The notes beneath the pieces are model-generated. The model saw only the letters and a list, made by a program, of their open reading frames with translations. It was not told where the DNA came from and did no database searches. The position numbers were made by a program, and so were the translations under genes. From an uncultured Gemmatimonadaceae bacterium (GTDB lineage Bacteria; Gemmatimonadota; Gemmatimonadetes; Gemmatimonadales; Gemmatimonadaceae), in contig CAWAGQ010000004.1 in assembly GCA_963781585.1 (NCBI GenBank), positions 192,001 to 256,000 on the forward strand: 64,000 nucleotides of DNA. The letters run 5' to 3'. Positions 9,819-19,678 of the stretch are shown here, one piece after another. Each line of letters starts with the position of its first letter. Within the stretch, counting starts at the first letter, position 1.

Positions 9819-9919
9819 AATTTGGCCATGATACCGGAGCCAACACGTCCGGGCATGTACACACCCGATCCGCCAACCCGCGAGCCGCTCGCCTAACGCG
9901 GCAGCGGCCCTAGTTCCAA

Positions 9920-10005
9920 CGGAGGGCACAGGATTCGAACCTGTAAGGGTGTCTCCACCCGGCGGTTTTCAAGACCGCTGCCTTACCAGTTAGGTCTAGC
10001 CCTCC
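9920..10005 (-). tRNA. tRNA-Ser(TGA)
   Basis: Reverse complement GGAGGGCTAGACCTAACTGGTAAGGCAGCGGTCTTGAAAACCGC...AGGTTCGAATCCTGTGCCCTCCG; anticodon loop CTTGAAA; long variable arm. Confidence 0.93.
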
Positions 10006-10035
10006 CGAATCCGTAGTATCGCGATCCTGCGGCGC

Positions 10036-10084
10036 CAGACGCAACGCGGCCCCGGGAAGGGCTCCCGGGGCCGCGTTGCGTCTG
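10036..10084. terminator. Perfect 22-bp stem hairpin downstream of the PEP-CTERM gene
   Basis: CAGACGCAACGCGGCCCCGGGA-AGGGC-TCCCGGGGCCGCGTTGCGTCTG; no clear U-tract. Confidence 0.65.
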
Positions 10085-10103
10085 ACGCTCCAGCGGTATC
10101 GAC

Positions 10104-10775
10104 CTAGCGCCGTTTGCGCCGGCGCGCCACCGCGCCACTCAGCATCCCGACCAGGCCCGTGCCCATCAGCGCCAGCGACGCCGGCTCGGGGGCCACCGTC
10201 GGTCCGGGTCCTGGATCAACTGTCGGACTGGCGCACGAGGAATCGTACGGCCCGTTGTTCGCCACGCCGTTCGTTACAACCAGCTTGGTGGAGCAATCGT
10301 TGGGACCCGCCTGCCCGTGGATGGCCCAATTCGCGGTATTGAGACTGGCGAACGTGGGTCCCGAGATGCGGAACGTGAACTGCGTCGTCTGGCCAGGCTG
10401 CAATCCGTTCTTCACGGGAGAGGGATTGGGATGCACTCCCCCCGCGTTCTTGGTGATGCCGGCGCCCGACAGGCCGTTCGTCCCGAGCGACCACGACCCC
10501 GGTCCCACCACCGAGAGCGATCCGTTGACGTAGCTGAAGTTCGCCACGCCGAACAGACCCATGGCGGTGAAGATGGTGCCGCCATAGGTGCCGTTGAAAC
10601 CGGCGTTGTTGGTCACCATCATCACGATCTCCGTGATGCTGGACGTGATCGACGTCTTCGTAATCGAGACCGAAGCACAAGTCGAGAATGTATTCCCGCC
10701 GCACACCTGCGCCTGCGCCACGTTAGGCACCACCGAAACAAGCGCCGCAACCGTTGCTGCTCGAACGAACTTCAT
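10104..10775 (-). CDS. PEP-CTERM sorting-domain surface protein
   Basis: Signal peptide (AQA), S/T/G/N-rich body, C-terminal VAPEPASLALMGTGLVGMLSGAVARRRKRR; AAGGAG RBS upstream. Confidence 0.93.
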   Translation of the reverse strand: MKFVRAATVAALVSVVPNVAQAQVCGGNTFSTCASVSITKTSITSSITEIVMMVTNNAGFNGTYGGTIFTAMGLFGVANFSYVNGSLSVVGPGSWSLGTNGLSGAGITKNAGGVHPNPSPVKNGLQPGQTTQFTFRISGPTFASLNTANWAIHGQAGPNDCSTKLVVTNGVANNGPYDSSCASPTVDPGPGPTVAPEPASLALMGTGLVGMLSGAVARRRKRR

Positions 10776-10912
10776 GGTCAGGGGCTCCTTCGCCCGGTTC
10801 TTCGCCCGCACATTTGGCCATCTGAACAGCTTGCTTCGCACATTAAATTAACAACATCTAACATTCGCGCAATGCTCTGTCGCGCAGCAGGATACGACCT
10901 TTCGGACCCGCA

Positions 10913-11404
10913 TCATGGACCGCGAAGTCGCCCGATCGAGAACACCGCAGACCAGATGTGGAACAACCCGTACGCCACCAGCGCGGCTACCGCCTTGATG
11001 ATCCCCGACTGCAATCCGCTTCGCGCCACCGGCTCCTGCACCGAACGCAGCGCCAGCGGCACGTCCAGCACGTAGAACACTGCACATCCTGCCAGAAACA
11101 GCGTTACCGCGATCGACCACACCGTCGCACCAAGTAACTGCGCCCTTCGGTCCCGTGCCGCAGCCTGCGCCAGCACGAGCGCGAATCCCATCGCCGGGAC
11201 CGGCATGTTGTTGAGCGTGGCGCTGATCGTTCCGAATTCCCACTCCGGAGATCCGACGTGCAGCGGAAGCCAGGCGAGCAGCAGATCCACCACTCCCACC
11301 ACGAACAGTGCGAGTCCGACCGACCCCACCACGCTCCACGCGGCACTGGTCTCGGTGTCTCCCGGCGGTGCTGAATCGGGGAACCCGGTCTTAGGCGCCG
11401 TCAT
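10913..11404 (-). CDS. Four-TM membrane protein resembling HpsJ-like exosortase-associated proteins
   Basis: LPL...SPEWEFGTISATLNNMPVPAMGFALVL segment recalls the HpsJ-like pattern; four hydrophobic segments. Confidence 0.6.
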   Translation of the reverse strand: MTAPKTGFPDSAPPGDTETSAAWSVVGSVGLALFVVGVVDLLLAWLPLHVGSPEWEFGTISATLNNMPVPAMGFALVLAQAAARDRRAQLLGATVWSIAVTLFLAGCAVFYVLDVPLALRSVQEPVARSGLQSGIIKAVAALVAYGLFHIWSAVFSIGRLRGP

Positions 11405-11603
11405 GTTGTCTCAGCTGTGAATGGACGCGCACTCTTCGCCTCAGAAGTGAGGCAAGTCACAGGCCGATGGCATGGCATCCGAGAGCACGGTGCCACACCA
11501 GATAACCGCGCCGACACCAATCACTTGAGGTCCTGTCGGAGCCGATTCATCTCGCCACCAGCGCGTCGCTGTAGCACGTGCGCAGCGCACGAATACTGCA
11601 GTG

Positions 11604-13907
11604 TCACTTCCTTGGCACCGGACTCTTCGGAACCGCGGGGACCAGCTGTTTGGCGGCGGTGTCGGTGTTCACCGCAGGCGGAAGGTTCGGCTGCGCCGAG
11701 AAGTCAAAGAATTCTTCGATGTGTGTCGCCCGGGCCACCTGCTCAACCTGATTGAGGACGCGGGTCGCCGTCGTGTCATCGTGTGCGGACCGCAGCACGT
11801 CATAGAGCATCATCCCGGTCTGCACGTAGAGCGCCGGGATTCCGATGGACGCCTTGTCGGGCCATCCATTCTTCCGGATCATCGCCTCGGGTCCCAGGAA
11901 GTCCTTCGTCCAGAGATCTCGGGTCCGCGCCACGTCGACGAATCCTTCGCCCGGCACGAGTACCGTATCCCGCCCGGGATTGGGGACACTGTCGATCAGC
12001 TTGCGCGCCAGCCCCTGGGTAAGCAGCCACGGTCCGAAGCCGAACTCCTCGCCATACCGGCCCGAGGTGCGACTGAAGTACACGGGACGGTTCGGGTTGT
12101 CCTTGATCATGCGCAGGACCGCGATGTCCGCCTTGGTGATGACCCGGGGGGGAATAGTGGTCCTGATGTTGCCGGCCTCGAAGACGGCGGAATCGGACAA
12201 CTGCTGGGCCAGCGGGATGGCGTCCGCTTCATCGAGGGACATCCTGAGCGGTGGCGCGTCCGGCTTTGGCCACGACCTGCCGCGAAACAGGGCCGGACCC
12301 CGGGCGGCGTCGTATGCGCGCACCGGTGCGCGAATGAGCTGCCGCACGTACCAGTCGGTGTTCAGGAGCGAGGTGTTGGCGATCACGACATCGCGGCGGA
12401 TGCCCTCCACCTCCTGGGCGTACCAGAGTGGGAAGGTGTCGTTATCGCCCACCGTGACGAGAATGCCGTACGGCTCCACCGAGTCGAGGAGATCGTGGGC
12501 GAAGTCGCGTGTGCTCGTGTCGCCGTGTCGCGTCGCGGCCGACCAGTTGCCGATCAGAGGAGCTATGGCCAACGCCAGCACAGGCGCGGACAGCGCCCAG
12601 CTCCTGCGGCGCGGGAGCTCGAGCACCTGCTTGCCGAGTCTGACCATCTCGGTGCCGATCAGCGCAGCCACCGATTCCCACACGAAGATCAGCCCCAGTG
12701 CCGCCCAGACGCTCCAGGCCGAGAAGCTCCAGAGGTAGAAGTAGTCGCGATCGCGCACCTCGCGATCGACAGAATCAGCGAGGCCCGGCGACTGTGAGTA
12801 TCCGTATTTGAAATTCAGGTAGTAGATGAGCAGCAGTGTCAGCGTCAGCATCAGCGGCCCGAAGAACCAGAAGCTCTGGCGGTCGCGTTTCCAGTGCACC
12901 CACGCGCCGAACATGCCCAGCACGAGGAAGAGCGCTGCCAGGACGGCCTGCAGCGCCGCGTGCCGGCTGTACGGGTCGCGCAGCCACTGCCAGCGGAAGT
13001 AGGTCCACCACATTCCCACCTGTGCGGGGAATGGGGCCTGCCGTTCGGTAAGCGACGGCTTGCCGTACTGCTCTCGATTGAAGTTGTACTTGAACGCCTC
13101 CCAGGTCTTGGCGCTGAACGTGCAGCTCCAGTTGAATTCCGTGCGGCATCCGGTGGGCTCCCCCTCGTTTATGGCGGGGAAGTAGGCCGCCCGAATGGGC
13201 TGGGTCGCGAACGGCGTGAGTCCAAAGACGAGTGCACCAACGCAGGCGAGCAGCAGTCGCCAGCGCACCAGTGTCTGCGGCCGGCGCACCAGCACGGCCA
13301 CGGCCACGGCCGGGCCGGGAATGAAGCCCGCCATGTGATTGGCGTAGCCCAGGCCTAACAGGTAGGCGATGAGCACCAGCAATCGGTCGGCCTTGGGGCC
13401 GGCGGGGTCGTCGCACCAGCGCACCGTCAGCCAGGCGATGATAGCCACGCCGGCCAGCGCGACCGTGTAGACCTTCTCGTTCACCACCGACTGACTCCAC
13501 ACCGTGAATGCGGTGGCGCCGATCAGGGCTGCCAGCGCGCCCCCGGTGATGCGCTGCCACCGCTCGGCCAGCCAGGAGACCAGGACTCGCTCGGTGATGA
13601 GAAACCACATCCCGGCCGAGGTCGCGCTGCAGAGGGCCGCGAGGACGTTGACCCGCAGGGCCGCGTTGCCACCGATCGGCAAAATGGTGAACACGCGGCC
13701 GAGCAGCACGAAAAGCGGATTGCCGGGCGGATGAGGGAGGCCGACGAGATACGCCGCCGAGATGTACTCGCTCGTGTCCCACATGGCCGTCGACGGGCCG
13801 AGGGTAAGCAGGTACAGGAGAAACACGAGCCCGGCGGCAATCGCCGCGGCGCCGTAGGACGGGCGATAGTCGAGATCCGACGGGGCGCGCGTGCTCATGC
13901 GCGGCAC
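11604..13907 (-). CDS. DUF2723 / TMEM260-like GT-C membrane glycosyltransferase
   Basis: WDTSEY...GLPHPPGNPLF, EKVY, VRDRDYFY, GDNDTFPLWYAQEVEG motifs; multiple TM helices. Confidence 0.9.
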   Translation of the reverse strand: MPRMSTRAPSDLDYRPSYGAAAIAAGLVFLLYLLTLGPSTAMWDTSEYISAAYLVGLPHPPGNPLFVLLGRVFTILPIGGNAALRVNVLAALCSATSAGMWFLITERVLVSWLAERWQRITGGALAALIGATAFTVWSQSVVNEKVYTVALAGVAIIAWLTVRWCDDPAGPKADRLLVLIAYLLGLGYANHMAGFIPGPAVAVAVLVRRPQTLVRWRLLLACVGALVFGLTPFATQPIRAAYFPAINEGEPTGCRTEFNWSCTFSAKTWEAFKYNFNREQYGKPSLTERQAPFPAQVGMWWTYFRWQWLRDPYSRHAALQAVLAALFLVLGMFGAWVHWKRDRQSFWFFGPLMLTLTLLLIYYLNFKYGYSQSPGLADSVDREVRDRDYFYLWSFSAWSVWAALGLIFVWESVAALIGTEMVRLGKQVLELPRRRSWALSAPVLALAIAPLIGNWSAATRHGDTSTRDFAHDLLDSVEPYGILVTVGDNDTFPLWYAQEVEGIRRDVVIANTSLLNTDWYVRQLIRAPVRAYDAARGPALFRGRSWPKPDAPPLRMSLDEADAIPLAQQLSDSAVFEAGNIRTTIPPRVITKADIAVLRMIKDNPNRPVYFSRTSGRYGEEFGFGPWLLTQGLARKLIDSVPNPGRDTVLVPGEGFVDVARTRDLWTKDFLGPEAMIRKNGWPDKASIGIPALYVQTGMMLYDVLRSAHDDTTATRVLNQVEQVARATHIEEFFDFSAQPNLPPAVNTDTAAKQLVPAVPKSPVPRK

Positions 13908-14092
13908 CGGCGCGCGTGGCGCGCCGGTCGTTGCCTGAAACTGATGGGGTGGCCGCTCACCGGATCACTCATATCGCTCTGACGTTCCAATCAAAGGCCT
14001 CGCTTCCGCGAGGCCACGCACAAAGATGCCCGTCGTCGAAGGTCGATGGTAGTGAGCGCGGATGGCTTGGCCCTGGGCTTCTGGCTCTTGGC

Positions 14093-15625
14093 CTAGTGTC
14101 TGAACAACCGCTGCCCCGTGAAGACCATGGCCAGTCCCTTCTCGTCCGCCGCGGCGATGACTTCCTGATCGCGTACGGATCCGCCGGGTTGAACGATGGC
14201 CTTTACCCCGGCGTCTACGGCCTGGTCCACTCCGTCGCGAAACGGGAAATAGGCGTCCGATCCGAGCACGGCGCCGTCGATGACGTGGCCCGCGAGGCGC
14301 GCCTTGTGCACCGCGATGAACGCGGCATCGACGCGGGACATCTGGCCGGCGCCGATGCCGATCGTGGCACCTTCTCTGGCGAGGACGATCGCGTTGGACT
14401 TGACACTGGCGACCGCACGCCAGGCAAAAGAGAGGTTCGCCTGCTCCTCCGCGGTGGGGCCTCGTCTCGTGACGACCTGCCACGCGCTGTGGTCGGCCAA
14501 TTCCGGCATGCGCTCCTGCACCAGGAATCCGCCGCGGACACGCTTCACGTCGAGGGCGCCATTGCTCCAGCGGGCCGTTCCTTCCAGCACGCGCAGGTTC
14601 TTTTTCCGTCCGAGGATGTCGAGCGCCTCGGCCGAGAAAGCCGGCGCGACCAGGCACTCCACGAAGAGCGACGAGATTGCTTCGGCCGCGGCTGCGTCGA
14701 CCGGCGCGGTAAAGGCGATGACCGACCCGAATGCCGAGACGGGATCGCAGGCCAGGGCCTTCTGATACGAGTCGAGGGCGGACGTCCCGATCGCGATGCC
14801 GCACGGCGTGGTGTGCTTGATGATGGCGCAACACACCTCACCGGCGAACGGGTCCGTGGCGTGCAGCGCCCCCTCGAGATCGAGCAGATTGTTGAACGAA
14901 AGCTCCTTGCCGCCGCGCTGAACGAGCGCGCCGAGTCCGGCTTCGCGATCCTCGAGGTACAGGGCGGCGCGCTGCCCGGGGTTCTCGCCGTAGCGCAGCG
15001 TCTGTCGGCGCGTTGCCGAGATCGTCACGCATTCGGGGAACTGCTCGCCCCGGGTCGCGGCGAACCAGGCGGCGATGGCGGCGTCGTAGGCTGCCGTGTG
15101 CGCGAACACCTTGCCTGCGAGAAGCCGCCGCAGGTCGAGATCGTCGTCTCCGGCGCCGAGGGCCGACAGTACGCGCTCGTAGTCTTCAGGATCGACCAGC
15201 GCGTAGACGCTTGCAAAATTCTTGGCCGCCGAGCGCAGCATCGAGGGACCGCCGATGTCGATCTGTTCTATAACCGCCTCGGGAGCAACCTGCGGCTTCG
15301 CCGCAGTTTCCCGGAATGGATAGAGGTTCACGGCGACGAGGTCGATCGGGGCAATCCCATGCCCGGCCAGCGCCTGCATGTGCTCCGGGAGGTCGCGGCG
15401 CGCGAGCAGGCCGCCGTGCACGCCGGGGTGGAGGGTCTTCACCCGGCCGTCGAGCATCTCGGGAAAGCCCGTCAGCGCTTCGACGTCCTCTACGTCGAGA
15501 CCGGCCGCCCGCAACGTGCGCGCCGTGCCGCCGGTGGAGACGAGCTCCCAACCTAACGAGACGAGGGCGGCGGCGAATTCGGTGAGGTGCGACTTGTCGT
15601 AGACGGAAAGAAGGGCGCGGGGCAT
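14093..15625 (-). CDS. purH: Bifunctional AICAR formyltransferase / IMP cyclohydrolase
   Basis: ALLSVYDK, STGGT, GRVKTLHP, IDIGGPSM, LRYGENP, GAGQMSRVD, SDAYFPF, QPGGS. Confidence 0.97.
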   Translation of the reverse strand: MPRALLSVYDKSHLTEFAAALVSLGWELVSTGGTARTLRAAGLDVEDVEALTGFPEMLDGRVKTLHPGVHGGLLARRDLPEHMQALAGHGIAPIDLVAVNLYPFRETAAKPQVAPEAVIEQIDIGGPSMLRSAAKNFASVYALVDPEDYERVLSALGAGDDDLDLRRLLAGKVFAHTAAYDAAIAAWFAATRGEQFPECVTISATRRQTLRYGENPGQRAALYLEDREAGLGALVQRGGKELSFNNLLDLEGALHATDPFAGEVCCAIIKHTTPCGIAIGTSALDSYQKALACDPVSAFGSVIAFTAPVDAAAAEAISSLFVECLVAPAFSAEALDILGRKKNLRVLEGTARWSNGALDVKRVRGGFLVQERMPELADHSAWQVVTRRGPTAEEQANLSFAWRAVASVKSNAIVLAREGATIGIGAGQMSRVDAAFIAVHKARLAGHVIDGAVLGSDAYFPFRDGVDQAVDAGVKAIVQPGGSVRDQEVIAAADEKGLAMVFTGQRLFRH

Positions 15626-15707
15626 GGAGTGACAAAGGTCAAGGGCCAACGGCCAGGGGCCAATGGCCGGGGGTCATCGTTCAGGGCCGGAATTCACAGG
15701 CAAGACA

Positions 15708-16424
15708 TTATCCTCTTGCTGCGCGTGGTGGCAGCCCGAGCATCTTCCGCAGCGACGAAACGGCCGTCCGCGTGTCGGACGCCAATGCGAAGACACCGGT
15801 GCGCGCCTCGGCGCCCCAGCCCTCCACGCGTCCGTCGTCGTTCAGCCGGATGCGGCCTGCACACAGGGCCTGAATCACGCGCGGATAGAGCAGGTGCTCC
15901 ACCGCGAGGACCCGGGCGGCCAGGGTTGCGGGCGTGTCGTCGCCGTACACCGGCACCGGCCACTGCGCCACAATGGGACCGTGATCGTATTCCGCGTCCA
16001 CGAAATGCACGGTGGCGCCGGTGAGCCGCGCGCCGCTCGCGAGGACCGCCTTGTGCACGTGCTCTCCAAACATCCCGCGGCCCCCGAATGCTGGCAGCAG
16101 CGCCGGATGAATGTTGAGCATGCGGCCGCGATACGCCGATGTGACGGCGCCCGGCACGCGACGAAGGTACCCGGCCAGTACGACTGCGCCTATATCGTGC
16201 TCGCGGAGTATGGCGGCCAGGCCGTGCGACCGCGCGGTCCCCTCGAGCACCTGCGTCTGCACGCCGTGTAACGCGGCGCGACGCAGCGCGCCGGCATCGG
16301 CGCGGTCGCTGGCGACCAGCGCTACCTCGCCGCTGCAGGCGTCGTCCAGCGCGTCGCGGTGATCGAGGATCGCCTGCAGATTGCTGCCACCGCCCGAGGC
16401 CAGGACCGCGATTCGCGTCGGCAT
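15708..16424 (-). CDS. purN: Phosphoribosylglycinamide formyltransferase
   Basis: IAVLASGGGSNLQA, LAGY, NIHPALLP, GATVHFVD..YDHG. Confidence 0.96.
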   Translation of the reverse strand: MPTRIAVLASGGGSNLQAILDHRDALDDACSGEVALVASDRADAGALRRAALHGVQTQVLEGTARSHGLAAILREHDIGAVVLAGYLRRVPGAVTSAYRGRMLNIHPALLPAFGGRGMFGEHVHKAVLASGARLTGATVHFVDAEYDHGPIVAQWPVPVYGDDTPATLAARVLAVEHLLYPRVIQALCAGRIRLNDDGRVEGWGAEARTGVFALASDTRTAVSSLRKMLGLPPRAARG

Positions 16425-16480
16425 GCGGCGGATAGTAGCCGTCACGATGCGCGGACCGATAGAGGGCCGCGAAACCCGGC

Positions 16481-17032
16481 TCAACCGGGCGCGGACTCGA
16501 GGAATCGCCGCACGGCGTCGTCCAGCGATTGCGCGAGGACACCATCGCGACGCGCGTGCTCCAACTCGTCGGGAGGGGTGCGGTGAGAGGGGACCAGCAG
16601 CGCGACGGCGCCGGCGGCAATTCCGGGTAGCACGTCACGAGTCCGATCGCCCGCATAGAGCGACGTCCCGAGATCCAGATCGAGATCGCGGGCAGCGCGC
16701 CGAAAGAGCCCGGCTCCCGGCTTGCGGCAATCGCATGGCCCCGAGAACTGGGGATGGTGCGGGCAGTGATATTGTGCGTCGATTCGTGCGCCGGCCCCGG
16801 TCATCAATACCTCCAGGCGCGCACGGGTCTCCTGGTACTGGCGCTCGGTGATCAATCCCTGCGCAATTCCCGACTGATTCGTCACCACCACTACCGCCAC
16901 CCCTGCGTCGTTGAGCCGACGCACGGCCGCCGCTGCGCCGTCGAGCAGCCGCATCGCCATCGCGTCCGACAGGTAGTCGGCGTCTTCGACGAGGGTCCCG
17001 TCCCGATCGAGGAACGCGGCGCGGCGGGACAC
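16481..17032 (-). CDS. gmhB: HAD-IIIA phosphatase, D-glycero-D-manno-heptose-1,7-bisphosphate phosphatase-like
   Basis: FLDRDGTL, VTNQSG, CPHHP...CDCRKP, GDR; GTG start. Confidence 0.85.
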   Translation of the reverse strand: MSRRAAFLDRDGTLVEDADYLSDAMAMRLLDGAAAAVRRLNDAGVAVVVVTNQSGIAQGLITERQYQETRARLEVLMTGAGARIDAQYHCPHHPQFSGPCDCRKPGAGLFRRAARDLDLDLGTSLYAGDRTRDVLPGIAAGAVALLVPSHRTPPDELEHARRDGVLAQSLDDAVRRFLESAPG

Positions 17033-17034
17033 CC

Positions 17035-18417
17035 TCAACCGTCGCCCAGGGTGTCGCGCACCACCCGCTCGAAGGCCGCATCTTCCGATTCCGCTATCGA
17101 GCGCAGGTCGAGCAGGAAGCGGCCGTCGGCGATGCGACCGATGACAGGGATGCGCGCCGCACGCAGGCGCGCCTCCAGCAACGATGGATCTCCCGGTGGC
17201 GAGACCGCGCACGATGGCAATCGGGCCGTGGGGAAGGCGCCCCCGCCCACGCTTCCCTCGGAGCTGACGATCTCACACTCTACGCCGCGCTCTCGCAGGG
17301 TGGCGACCAGGCGCTCCGCCCGTTCGCGCACGCGATTTACGGGCGCCGTGATCATGGCCAGGGCCGGAATCTCGCGTACCGCGCGCTCGGGATCGCGGTA
17401 GAGCGCCAGCGTGGATTCCAGCGCCGCCAGCGTCAGCTTGTCGACGCGCAGCGCGCGCGCCAGCGGATTGCGGCGACACCGCTCGACGATCTCATGTGCC
17501 CCGACGATGATTCCGGCCTGTGGTCCGCCGAGGAGTTTGTCGCCGCTCATGCAGACCAGAGTGGCGCCATCGGACACTGCCTGATGGGCCGTGGGTTCAC
17601 CGGTGAGCCCGAATCGCTCGAGCGATACCAGCAATCCGCTTCCCAGATCGAACAGCAGCGGCACTCCGGCTTCGTCGGCGATCGGGCGCAGATCCCGCAA
17701 CGACGCTTCGGCGACGAAGCCGCGCACCTCGAAGTTGCTGCGGTGCACCTTCACGATCGCGCCGGTGTCCGCGCCGAGCGCGCGCCGGTAGTCGTCGGCG
17801 TGCGTGCGATTGGTCGTCCCGACTTCGCGCAGGATGGCCCCGCTTCGCGCCATGATGTCGGGCACGCGGAAGCTTCCACCGATCTCGATGAGCTCCCCGC
17901 GCGAGACGATCGCCTCACGGCCGTTCGCCACGGTGTTGAGCGCCAGCACCAGCGCCGCGGCGCCATTGTTGACGACCATGGCGTCTTCAGCGCCCGTCAG
18001 TTCGCACAACAGCGCGGCACAGTGCACGTAGCGGGAGCCTCGTTCCCCACGCGACAGATCGTACTCGAGGTTGTTGGCGCCGCCCGCGGTCCGGGCGATG
18101 GCCTCCAGCGCCGCGGGTGCCAACGGCGCCCGACCGAGGTTGGTGTGCAGCACCACTCCGGTCGCGTTGAACACCGGCCGCAACGACGGGCGCTGGCGAA
18201 GCGCCACTTCAGCGCTGATGGCGGCCACCCAGTCGCGCTCGCTCATCCCGGTGGTCGTGGTGGCAACGCGCGGATCTCCCGTGGTGCGAACGCGATCGAC
18301 CACGGCGCGCACCGCGTCGACGACGAGGGAGCGAGGCGCCTGCGCGAGAAGCGTCCGCACGCCCGACAGCTCGAGCAGGGCCGCCACCGCGGGTAGCGTG
18401 CTCCGCCGGTCACCCAC
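17035..18417 (-). CDS. selA: L-seryl-tRNA(Sec) selenium transferase
   Basis: NATGVVLHTNLGRA, NLEYDL, SRGELIEIGGSFR, EVGTTNRT, SGDKLLGGPQAG, RALRVDK. Confidence 0.95.
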   Translation of the reverse strand: MGDRRSTLPAVAALLELSGVRTLLAQAPRSLVVDAVRAVVDRVRTTGDPRVATTTTGMSERDWVAAISAEVALRQRPSLRPVFNATGVVLHTNLGRAPLAPAALEAIARTAGGANNLEYDLSRGERGSRYVHCAALLCELTGAEDAMVVNNGAAALVLALNTVANGREAIVSRGELIEIGGSFRVPDIMARSGAILREVGTTNRTHADDYRRALGADTGAIVKVHRSNFEVRGFVAEASLRDLRPIADEAGVPLLFDLGSGLLVSLERFGLTGEPTAHQAVSDGATLVCMSGDKLLGGPQAGIIVGAHEIVERCRRNPLARALRVDKLTLAALESTLALYRDPERAVREIPALAMITAPVNRVRERAERLVATLRERGVECEIVSSEGSVGGGAFPTARLPSCAVSPPGDPSLLEARLRAARIPVIGRIADGRFLLDLRSIAESEDAAFERVVRDTLGDG

Positions 18418-19678
18418 GCGGCCGCCCGGTGAGGAGCCGGCGCACCGAAGAGGTGTCCTTCGGTGGTGGGGGTCGCGGGGTGTTGAACACCCGATCGGTG
18501 GAGCGCAAGGCGCCGGTAATGCTGCGGAGGTCTGCCGCGTGCAGCCGGAGGCTGCTGCCTGGCGGAAGGGCACGCTGGAGCTGGATCACCAGCTCGGTAC
18601 TGGGGATCGGTGCGACCGGTCTGGGGGCAACGCGATGTGTTGTGTCGGCCGACGATACTTGCGGCGGCGCGGTGGCAACGCCGGGGCGTCGGCCGGTCGG
18701 ACGTGACGGCGGAGCGGCACCGGCGCGGGCGCTGTCGGCCGCACGGATCGAATCCCGCCGGGCGGCGGCCTGCACCGAATCCTGAACGTGCTTTGCGACG
18801 ATGGAGTCGGCGATGTGTCGCTCCACTTCGCGTGCGGTGAGGACGGTGTCGATGGCGAGCTGCGTGCTGTCGCTGGTCTTGAGGGTGAACAGCGAGGACG
18901 TGAGCGTGAATGCCGTGTCCAGTGCGCGATCGAGCGTCACGCGCAAGGTCAGGCTGTCCTTGACCGTCACGCTGGCGATACCGGGCCCCAGTGAGTCACG
19001 CAGGATGGCGAGCATTTCGCGTCGCACCGAGTCCTGCAGCGGGATCGTCACGGAATCGAACAGTTCGCGCGGGTCGAGAAGCCGATTATGATTCTGGTCG
19101 ACGATCGCGCGGACGAGGTAACTGCCAGCCGGCATGTTGTCGATCCGGAACGCGCCAAGGGAATCACTGGTCGCCGAGTATCGCGTGCTGTCGGGCAGGA
19201 CGAGCGCTTCCACATAGGCCTGCGGCGCCGGTCGCGCGGCGAGCCAATCGAATACGCGCCCTGCGATCACGCCGTGGGCGATCTCCGCGCCGGTGGAGAA
19301 GACGATTACACGGCCGACCGAATCGACGTTGTTGGAGAGGTCGCTGACACCCGGTCGCATGCGAACGGTGTAGGTCGTGTTCCGCCGGAATCCGCCGTCG
19401 ATGGTGACGACGACGCGCGACCGGTGCCAGGACACCCTCGGCGTCCCGTCGCTGGGCGAGACGAGAAAAAGGTCGGCGAGGGACGTCGCGCCACGGGGGC
19501 GTTCGCTGACGACTTCGTTGAAGTCGAAGCTCACGCCTCCGGTGCGGACGTCCCGCGAGTTGCTGTCGGGGCGCACCCGGACCACCTTCGGCGGCGTGAC
19601 ATCGGTCGGTCCACCGGGCGGGACGCCGGGTTGGTAGCAGGCGGCGGTCACGGCCGCGATCGGAATCAGCCACCGCAC
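18410..19678 (-). CDS. Ig-like (Big_5-type) domain lipoprotein
   Basis: Lipobox-like TAAC, PPGGP.D.TPP.V, F.F.E.V, RNTTYTV; overlaps the valS stop and the selA start. Confidence 0.8.
   Translation of the reverse strand: MRWLIPIAAVTAACYQPGVPPGGPTDVTPPKVVRVRPDSNSRDVRTGGVSFDFNEVVSERPRGATSLADLFLVSPSDGTPRVSWHRSRVVVTIDGGFRRNTTYTVRMRPGVSDLSNNVDSVGRVIVFSTGAEIAHGVIAGRVFDWLAARPAPQAYVEALVLPDSTRYSATSDSLGAFRIDNMPAGSYLVRAIVDQNHNRLLDPRELFDSVTIPLQDSVRREMLAILRDSLGPGIASVTVKDSLTLRVTLDRALDTAFTLTSSLFTLKTSDSTQLAIDTVLTAREVERHIADSIVAKHVQDSVQAAARRDSIRAADSARAGAAPPSRPTGRRPGVATAPPQVSSADTTHRVAPRPVAPIPSTELVIQLQRALPPGSSLRLHAADLRSITGALRSTDRVFNTPRPPPPKDTSSVRRLLTGRPRG

Noticed and set aside
9185..9898. Possible integron cassette: GTTAGGG before and GCCTAAC after the methyltransferase
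   Set aside because: No paired attC hairpin with a closing GTTRRRY and no integrase; GCCTAACG is explained by the window-wide octamer
9920..10005. Possible tRNA-Sec given selA nearby
   Set aside because: The anticodon is TGA (reads Ser UCA codons), not TCA, and the structure fits tRNA-Ser
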